Assembly: GCA_964573105.1 (NCBI GenBank)
Contig: CAZNIS010000012.1
Coordinates: forward strand, 74,095-98,094
Source: an uncultured Granulosicoccaceae bacterium
GTDB lineage: Bacteria; Pseudomonadota; Gammaproteobacteria; Granulosicoccales; Granulosicoccaceae
Direction: 5' to 3'
DNA length: 24,000 nt
Shown: positions 1-6,298 of the stretch, one piece after another
Numbering within the stretch: position 1 is the stretch's first letter
Layout: each line of letters starts with the position of its first letter
The notes under the pieces: model-generated
Databases searched by the model: none
Told to the model about the DNA's origin: nothing
What the model saw: only the letters and a program-made list of their open reading frames with translations
Program-made: the position numbers and the translations under genes

Positions 1-129
1 GCGTCAAACGAATCGAGAAATGGAAAATCGGCAAATCGCCGGGTTGACCTGCATTTTATTCAGTCGTTGACCGCGATACCACTTAAAAACAATTCTTCTA
101 TCAATATCAGCCAAAATAGCGCGGAGTAG
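1..129 (+). CDS. 3' end of an OmpA/MotB-like peptidoglycan-binding domain protein (5' part outside the window)
   Basis: Frame 1 is open from base 1 to TAG 127-129. Translation ASNESRNGKSANRRVDLHFIQSLTAIPLKNNSSINISQNSAE contains the A-N-R-R-V-[DE]-[LI] signature that closes OmpA_C-like domains. Only 42 aa are visible, so the call rests on that motif. Confidence 0.55.
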   Translation, partial: ASNESRNGKSANRRVDLHFIQSLTAIPLKNNSSINISQNSAE

Positions 130-131
130 CC

Positions 132-3100
132 ATGTTTTATCTCATATCACAGGTGTTGCTGATTCTTCTGATCGCCACGGTACTAGGCGTACTGATTGGC
201 TGGATTCTACGCAAGATAAAAGCGTTGAGAACAGAAGAAAAACTCAAAGAGCGACTACGCCAGGCCGAGAGCACAATCGACCCGATCAAGCAGGCACTGT
301 CACAGGCACAAGGTGACATCGCCGGTCGCGACAGCAGCATTGCTGCACTGCAGACCAAGATCGATTCGATGTCGAAAGAAGTGCCGCCGCTGAAGGCTGA
401 ACTGAACTCGATCAAATCCGACGCGGGCGAGCAACAGGCTACTATCGCGAGCCTCAAGGCGATGGTCAACGACAAGGAAGACAAACTGTCGAAACTTGCC
501 GACGATCTGAACCAGGAAAAATCTTCCGTACGTGAAGTCGATGCCGCGCTGGCTGACGCAAACGGTCGACGTATCGAACTGGAGAACCGGCTGGCTGAGA
601 CCCGCGTGCAGCTGGAAAACAACGATGCCGCCGCACAGCGTGCACGCGCAGACAGTGCGAAACTGCAAAAAGAAATCAACGCGCTGCAGATCAAGCTGAA
701 CGATGCTGCCAATACCAGCGAATCGAAGCTCAACGAGCTCAAACGCAATCTCGATCAGGAGTCAAAAGGGCATTCAGACGCCTCACAGGCGCTGAAGGCC
801 AAACAGGCTGAAGCGGCGGGTTACCGAGCCGAGATTGAAAAACTCAAAGAGCAGCTGCGCGAGAAAACCACCGACTACAAACTGGCGATGGCTGATCGCA
901 CCGCGCTTGAGCGTCAGCTGGAGACCTTGCAGAACCAACTTGATCGCGCTCAGGAAGCACACGATCGAAAAGTTGCCGATCTGGAAAAAGCACTGGCCGC
1001 AAGACAGGCAATCTCCGATGAGGCCAACCGCCAGCTGACCGCAGGTGCTGCGAACCAGGCACGCCTGGAAGGTGAAATTGACCGTCTTCGCGACAAGCTC
1101 AACACCGGTGAAAAGCAGAACACCGAAGTCGCCTCTGATCGCGACGGACTAAAAAGCGAAATTGCCGCGCTGCAAACACAACTCGAAGAGTCTACCGGTG
1201 CAGTAGAAGCGCAACAGGCTGAAAAGGAAGCCGAGATCGCACAACAACGCGAGTCGATCGACGCACTGAATCGAGATCTGTTGGATGCAAAGAAAGAGCG
1301 CGCCGCATTCAGCGCCGAAGTCAACGACGCCAAAGCCAAACTCAAAGATACTGAAGCCCGCGCTGCCGGTTCGGAGAAAGAGCGAATCGCACTGGAAAAG
1401 CGCATTGATTCGCTTGAGCTCAAGATGCGTGAGCAGGCGAAAGACGGGCAACAGCGCGTCAGCGAGCTGGAAAAGCAGCTCGAGCAAAATGCCGCCGAAC
1501 TGTCACGCGCCGACGGCACCATCAAGTCGAGCGAGCAAAACAAACAGCAACTGGAAGAACGTATCCAGAAGCTGCGCGATGAACTGAACGAAAAAATTAC
1601 TGACGTCAAACTGGCGGCACAGCAGCGCACGACGCTTGAAAAAGAAATCGAGCGACTTCAAGGCGAAGTGGCCACCTTGCAGGAAGCCGTCAAGAAGTTG
1701 CAGGCTGAGCTTGACAACAGCAAAGAGCAACATCAAAAGAAGATATCGGATCTCAAGACTGCGCTGTCTGAGCAGGAAGCGCTGGCGGCAGACGGCAGCA
1801 AAGCGGCCAAGTCTCTCGCTCAGTCCGAGGCACAAAACAAAAAGCAGCAGTCGGAAATCAAAGCCGCTGGCGACAAGATTGCCGAGCTTACCCGCAAGCT
1901 CGACAAGAACAGCAATGAGCTGGAACAGGCTAACTCACAGGTCGCGGCACTGCGTGCAGAGAGCGATAAACTGTCGCAGGCCAAAGCCGGTCTTGAGAAA
2001 GAGACAAAGGCCAACGCCGCTCAGCTGGCAGACGCGAAGAAGCAAAAAGAGCAATTTGCTGACGCTGCGGGCAAGTTGTCCGAGATGACCCAACGCGAAG
2101 AAGCCCTGCGCGAGAAACTCGAGGCGCTGCAGAATCGCCAACAGGAACAGGCGACCGACCTGAAACTGGCCAAATCAGAAGCCGATCGCGCCAATCGAGA
2201 ACTTGAAAACGCGACTAAGAATGCAGCCAAAGCAGAGGAACTGCGTCGCGACAACGAGAAACTGACCACCGCGCGGGACGCTGCCGAGTCAAAGCAACAG
2301 CAAACAGCGGCACAACTCGACGCCTTGCAAAAAGAGGCGAAATCCCTGCGCGCAGACGCTGCCAAACTGGCCGCCCAAAGCACCGAACTTGCGAACGAAA
2401 AAACCGCCGGTGCACAAGCCAAGAAAGCCCTGGGTGCGGCAGAGCAGAAGGTCGCCGAACTCGCCGACAAACTGCAGGCGGCACAACAGCAAAGCACCCA
2501 GGATGCAACCGATGCCAAACTGGCAGTCTCAGCCAACGCAAACATGGAGCGCGAGCTCAATGCACTGCGCAGCGAACTGGCCGACCTGAAAGCACACTAC
2601 GACAACAATCGCGTCAACCTCGAAAAGGACAACACCGATCTGCAAAAGCTCTTGCACGGTGCAACCGGCAACCTGGATCGAGCCAAGTCAGAGCAGTCGA
2701 AGCTGCAGGCCGAGCGCGATCAGTTGGCAGCAGAGGTAGATCAATTGGCGACACGAGTCAAATCGCTTGAATCTGCCGCCGCCAAGGCGGGCACCAGCAA
2801 CGCCGAACTCAAACGCGAGCGCGAAGCACTGGCTGGCGCCAATGAGGCACTGGCGAAACTGGAAGCACAGAATGCCCGCCTGAGTGAAGAAATTCAAAAG
2901 CTCAAGGAAGGCGCTGTCGATGCAGCCACCAACGCAAAAGTGGCCGGTGTGGAAAAATCCACCCTCGAACGCGAAGTGGCCGACCTCAAAGCCAGGCTGC
3001 GCGATACCAGCGGCAGTGGCGAACAGAAGGTCGCCGCCCTGCAGGCAGAGATCGACAAGCTCAACAAGGCCGCCAACGACAACAAAACGCGTGCGGACCG

Positions 3101-3965
3101 TGGCGATGACGCCATGAAAGCACTCGAAAAGCAGCTGCAGCAACAAGCGGCTGCCGATGCCGAGCGCGCCGAGCAACTCACCGCCCAGCTCAAAGCCGAA
3201 AAGGCCGCCCGCGATAAAGCCACAGCGGCACTTGAAAAGAGCGAAAAGCAGGCAGCCCAGTTGCGCGACGATTTGAAAGAGCTCTCGACCGATCACAAGA
3301 TCGCGACCAATCAGAGCAAATCACTGGAGCGTGAGACCGGCAAGCTTGAAAAAGGTCTGCAGACACTAAAAGCCGATCTGGAAAAAGCCGCCGCCACCGC
3401 TCTGCAGAACAGCAACGACGCGCAGAACAAGGCCGCCGAAGTCGATCGCTACAAGCAAATGCTGGAAGCGCGCGAAAAAGAGCTTGAGCTGATGGCCGGC
3501 AAGGTTCCGGCACTGGAGCAGGCGCTGCGCGAGAAAGAAAAAAGCGAGACTCGCCTTGAGAACGAACTCAATGGTCTGCTGTCCGAGCTGAATTCGGTCA
3601 ACGGCAAGATTGAGGCAATGCAGGGCGATATCGCCAAGCGCGAGGCCGACAACGCTGACCTGAAAGGTGACTCTCAGGCTCTGCAGGAGCAACTGCTGCA
3701 ATACCAGGAGATCGACCAGGATCTGCGCAGCCGCATTGCCAAGCTGGAGAAACAGCTGACCGAAGAGCGCAAGGCAGCCGGCAAGAATCTGCTGTCGCGC
3801 ATCATGGAACTCGAAGCCATGCTCTCCGCCGAGCGACACAAGGCCGAATCCATGCGCGACTTTAGTGAGTTCTCCGGCATGTCGACCGTGCAGACCAGCG
3901 TCAAGACTTCTGTCAACGACAGCACTGGTTCACAAACCGACAAGAAAGGCAAAAAAGCAGGCTAG
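132..3965 (+). CDS. Membrane-anchored giant coiled-coil protein (1277 aa), function unknown
   Basis: ATG 132 is preceded by GGAG at 123-126, inside the last codons of the upstream gene. aa 5-25 form a hydrophobic helix (ISQVLLILLIATVLGVLIGWIL) followed by RKIK. The remaining ~1240 aa are E/K/A/L/Q/D-rich, heptad-like, with very few Pro or aromatic residues. The C-terminal tail is Ser/Thr/Lys-rich (TSVKTSVNDSTGSQTDKKGKKAG). No Walker or other catalytic motif seen. An intrinsic terminator follows. Confidence 0.9.
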   Translation: MFYLISQVLLILLIATVLGVLIGWILRKIKALRTEEKLKERLRQAESTIDPIKQALSQAQGDIAGRDSSIAALQTKIDSMSKEVPPLKAELNSIKSDAGEQQATIASLKAMVNDKEDKLSKLADDLNQEKSSVREVDAALADANGRRIELENRLAETRVQLENNDAAAQRARADSAKLQKEINALQIKLNDAANTSESKLNELKRNLDQESKGHSDASQALKAKQAEAAGYRAEIEKLKEQLREKTTDYKLAMADRTALERQLETLQNQLDRAQEAHDRKVADLEKALAARQAISDEANRQLTAGAANQARLEGEIDRLRDKLNTGEKQNTEVASDRDGLKSEIAALQTQLEESTGAVEAQQAEKEAEIAQQRESIDALNRDLLDAKKERAAFSAEVNDAKAKLKDTEARAAGSEKERIALEKRIDSLELKMREQAKDGQQRVSELEKQLEQNAAELSRADGTIKSSEQNKQQLEERIQKLRDELNEKITDVKLAAQQRTTLEKEIERLQGEVATLQEAVKKLQAELDNSKEQHQKKISDLKTALSEQEALAADGSKAAKSLAQSEAQNKKQQSEIKAAGDKIAELTRKLDKNSNELEQANSQVAALRAESDKLSQAKAGLEKETKANAAQLADAKKQKEQFADAAGKLSEMTQREEALREKLEALQNRQQEQATDLKLAKSEADRANRELENATKNAAKAEELRRDNEKLTTARDAAESKQQQTAAQLDALQKEAKSLRADAAKLAAQSTELANEKTAGAQAKKALGAAEQKVAELADKLQAAQQQSTQDATDAKLAVSANANMERELNALRSELADLKAHYDNNRVNLEKDNTDLQKLLHGATGNLDRAKSEQSKLQAERDQLAAEVDQLATRVKSLESAAAKAGTSNAELKREREALAGANEALAKLEAQNARLSEEIQKLKEGAVDAATNAKVAGVEKSTLEREVADLKARLRDTSGSGEQKVAALQAEIDKLNKAANDNKTRADRGDDAMKALEKQLQQQAAADAERAEQLTAQLKAEKAARDKATAALEKSEKQAAQLRDDLKELSTDHKIATNQSKSLERETGKLEKGLQTLKADLEKAAATALQNSNDAQNKAAEVDRYKQMLEAREKELELMAGKVPALEQALREKEKSETRLENELNGLLSELNSVNGKIEAMQGDIAKREADNADLKGDSQALQEQLLQYQEIDQDLRSRIAKLEKQLTEERKAAGKNLLSRIMELEAMLSAERHKAESMRDFSEFSGMSTVQTSVKTSVNDSTGSQTDKKGKKAG

Positions 3966-3980
3966 TTTCTGCGCAATGTC

Positions 3981-4010
3981 GCAACCCGCCCACGGGCGGG
4001 TGCTTTGTTT
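3981..4010 (+). terminator. Rho-independent terminator of the coiled-coil gene
   Basis: Stem ACCCGCC (3984-3990) / GGCGGGT (3995-4001), loop CACG, then T-rich tail GCTTTGTTT. Begins 16 nt after the stop codon. Confidence 0.7.
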
Positions 4011-4042
4011 AGCTCCGATAGTCGATTTACAATCAGCAAGCT

Positions 4043-4081
4043 TGCACCGATCATTCGGATCGGTGCAGCGTCAACCGAATG
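4043..4081 (+). other. Two mutually exclusive hairpins upstream of the mini-ORF
   Basis: Hairpin A is a perfect 10-bp stem, TGCACCGATC (4043-4052) / GATCGGTGCA (4058-4067), loop ATTCG. Hairpin B pairs CATTCGG (4052-4058) with CCGAATG (4075-4081). B uses the loop and first right-arm base of A, so both cannot form together. No U-run after either. Confidence 0.4.
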
Positions 4082-4111
4082 TAACATTGGCTTTGAGGGG
4101 ATGTTTCAGCG

Positions 4112-4261
4112 ATGTCCAGAAGAAGAAAGTCGCGCTTTCGCCTGGGTCGCGCAGGCAGAAGTTACCTGAGCGATGCGATAAAAATGATTGTCACCGGCGC
4201 CGCCACTCTGGCGGTCATTGGGGGCTCGGTGTATCTCGCCATGCTGATCGGCAGCTGGTAG
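4112..4261 (+). CDS. Possible 49-aa small membrane protein (basic N-terminus + one TM helix)
   Basis: Not in the ORF track (below its length cutoff). ATG 4112 to TAG 4259-4261 gives MSRRRKSRFRLGRAGRSYLSDAIKMIVTGAATLAVIGGSVYLAMLIGSW. GAGGGG at 4095-4100 lies 11 nt upstream. Three rare AGA codons and the lack of homology evidence keep confidence low. Confidence 0.35.
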   Translation: MSRRRKSRFRLGRAGRSYLSDAIKMIVTGAATLAVIGGSVYLAMLIGSW

Positions 4262-4273
4262 CGACCGCAGGGC

Positions 4274-6037
4274 TCAATCGGCACGCAGCACGGCCGTCGC
4301 CTCCCCCGCCTCTGCATAGACCAACTCACCATCGGCCCCGCTATTGAGTTCGGCTGCGTTCGCCTCGTCTGTGTCGATGTGCATTTCCAGGCGATATTTA
4401 TCGCTCACCCTGACCAGCACATCGCCGAACGACAGATCTCTCGGCCCACCCGTCACCGCGATCTCAACTACATCCCGATCTGCCACGCCAAACGCTGCGG
4501 CATCGTCCGGATGCATGTGAATGTGTCGCCGTGCGCAGATCAGCCCTTGCTGTAAATGCACCGTGCCGGCCGGCCCCTCCAGGGTTATCGGTGCCGAGCC
4601 TTCTACCTTACCCGAATCGCGAATCGGCGCATCGACGCCGAGCCTGAACTCATCGGTGCGGGCCACTTCTATCTGATCGACACTGCGAAGCGGGCCGAGC
4701 AGGCGCACCCCGTCAATGCGGTTGCGCGGACCGATCAGGTTCACTTTCTCTTCACAGGCATATTGCCCGGGCTGGGAGATATCCTTGTAGTGCGTCGGCT
4801 TTGCCCCTTTGCCGAATAATTTTTCAAAAGTCTCTGCAGTCAGGTGCAAATGTCTGGCGCTGACCGCGATCGGGATACCGCGCGCCGGCGTCGGTTTTGC
4901 CTGTCGCTCAACCGTGTTGGCCGACTGGCGCGCGATCATCAGTTCCTCGTCGGTCTTCACCACGACTGCTGCGACGCGCGAGCCGCGCTGCGAAATGATG
5001 GCCCGGTTGTGCTCTGTGCTGAGTTCGACATCGTGATTGGCATCGTCGTCGAGCAACAGACCCAGAAATTCCAGCCGCTGCAAAATGCGTCGCCGCATGG
5101 TGGCACTGTTTTCACCGATACCACCGGTGAACACCACGGCATCCAGGCCGCCCATCACAGCGGCGTAGCTGCCAATATACTTGCGCGCGCGATGGGCAAA
5201 AACATTGATCGCAAGCCGCGACGCATCGTGGCCCTGCTCTGCCTTGTCTTCGAGATCGCGCAGATCGTTACCGACCCCGGACAGCCCCGCAAGCCCACTT
5301 TGACGATTCAATAGATCATCGAGCTGCTGAATGGTGTAATCGCCACTGCGCAGCAGGTTGAGCATCGCACCGGCATCGATATCGCCCGCGCGGGTGCCCA
5401 TCACCAGCCCTTCAAGCGGCGTCGCCCCCATACTGGTCTCGGTGGATTTGCCGTACTCCACCGCGCAGGCACTGGCACCATTACCCAGGTGCAGCGTCAC
5501 TATGCGCAAATCTGCGATTGAGCTGCCGAGCGCCTCGGCGGCCTCACCTGCGACGTAACGATGCGAGGTGCCGTGAAAGCCAAAGCGGCGAATACGATGG
5601 CTGTTGGCAACGTCCTGTGGAATGGCATAAGTCTGTGCACGTCGTGGCATGCGGGCGTGAAATGCCGTGTCGAATACGGCGACCTGCGGCACCTTTGGCC
5701 ATACGTGCATCGCCTGTCGTATACCCTCGAGGTTAAACGGGTTATGTAGCGGCGCATCGGCTGCGCGTGCATCTATCTCGGCGATGACGGTGTCATCGAT
5801 CAATGTCGCATCGATAAATCGATCGCCACCATGTACCACCCGGTGGCCCACGACATCCACCTGGTGATCCGCGACCGCCTGACACAGATGTTCCAGCGCG
5901 GCGGCGTGAGTGGCAAACTCCCCGTCCGGATCACCAATTCGCGTGCACTTGCCGACGACGATGCGCGCATCGGTACGCAGGTCGATCAGTTGATACTTGA
6001 CACTCGAAGATCCGCAATTGACTACCAGCACATGCAT
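4274..6037 (-). CDS. ackA: Fusion protein: acetate/propionate kinase (AckA, aa 1-372) + PduL-type phosphate acyltransferase (aa ~387-587)
   Basis: N-terminal VLVVNCGSSSVKY, FHGTSHRY, FTGGIGEN and the C-terminal-type TDEELMIAR are acetate kinase hallmarks. After linker NTVERQAKPTPAR, the rest matches PduL along its length: IPIAVSARHLHL, QPGQYA, LLGPLRSVDQIEVARTD, ARRHIHMHP, LEMHIDTDEANAA. The PduL domain is roughly nt 4277-4879. Confidence 0.9.
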   Translation of the reverse strand: MHVLVVNCGSSSVKYQLIDLRTDARIVVGKCTRIGDPDGEFATHAAALEHLCQAVADHQVDVVGHRVVHGGDRFIDATLIDDTVIAEIDARAADAPLHNPFNLEGIRQAMHVWPKVPQVAVFDTAFHARMPRRAQTYAIPQDVANSHRIRRFGFHGTSHRYVAGEAAEALGSSIADLRIVTLHLGNGASACAVEYGKSTETSMGATPLEGLVMGTRAGDIDAGAMLNLLRSGDYTIQQLDDLLNRQSGLAGLSGVGNDLRDLEDKAEQGHDASRLAINVFAHRARKYIGSYAAVMGGLDAVVFTGGIGENSATMRRRILQRLEFLGLLLDDDANHDVELSTEHNRAIISQRGSRVAAVVVKTDEELMIARQSANTVERQAKPTPARGIPIAVSARHLHLTAETFEKLFGKGAKPTHYKDISQPGQYACEEKVNLIGPRNRIDGVRLLGPLRSVDQIEVARTDEFRLGVDAPIRDSGKVEGSAPITLEGPAGTVHLQQGLICARRHIHMHPDDAAAFGVADRDVVEIAVTGGPRDLSFGDVLVRVSDKYRLEMHIDTDEANAAELNSGADGELVYAEAGEATAVLRAD

Positions 6038-6203
6038 GAAGTGGCACTCGCCTCACAAGGGTTTGTTTCATACTACTACGGTTGAGCCGTGCAGTGCTTT
6101 TTTAACCGGCAGCATAAACGATGACTATGCGCCAGGCAGCCAGCTGCCACAGGCACCTCAGTGTAATAAGTCCACTTGCGATTCACGAGAAATAATCGCA
6201 AAC

Positions 6204-6231
6204 AAAAAAGGCGACCCGAAGGTCGCCTTTT
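6204..6231 (-). terminator. Rho-independent terminator of the beta-propeller gene (structurally bidirectional)
   Basis: AAAAAA GGCGACC CGAA GGTCGCC TTTT. The 7-bp GC stem is 6210-6216 / 6221-6227. On the minus strand TTTTTTGTTT follows. It lies 68 nt downstream of the stop at 6299. Confidence 0.85.
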
Positions 6232-6298
6232 CATTTCAGCGCGCCCCTGTCAATTTGGGGGCGGGTTGGTTACCGACAGTTGCGCACTGACATTTACC

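Noticed and set aside
137-3952. Many antisense and off-frame ORFs inside the coiled-coil gene (e.g. 137-748, 950-1630, 2021-2560, 2688-3296, 3366-3839 minus; 1636-2088 plus)
   Set aside because: Their products are Ser/Cys/Ala/Phe/Arg-rich low complexity, which is the mirror image of GAA/AAG/GCN/CTG-rich coiled-coil codons. All are nested in a 3.8-kb ORF with coherent protein features. They are shadow ORFs.
1-3965. Reading the OmpA-like + coiled-coil pair as a Zorya-like (ZorB/ZorA) defence stator
   Set aside because: ZorA has a multi-TM MotA-like domain before its tail, and the gene order is zorA-zorB. Here the coiled-coil protein has a single TM helix and follows the OmpA-like gene, and no ZorC/D-like genes follow. 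The analogy is kept only as a conceptual parallel.
3865-4347. 160-aa plus-strand ORF spanning the coiled-coil 3' end, the terminator and the ackA-pduL 3' end
   Set aside because: It reads through a strong terminator hairpin, overlaps two better-supported genes, and gives an Arg/Pro/His-rich product with no start context.
4274-6037. Bacterial microcompartment context for the PduL domain
   Set aside because: No BMC shell (Pfam00936/03319-like) or signature enzyme genes are visible anywhere in the window, and the PduL domain has no free N-terminus for an encapsulation peptide.
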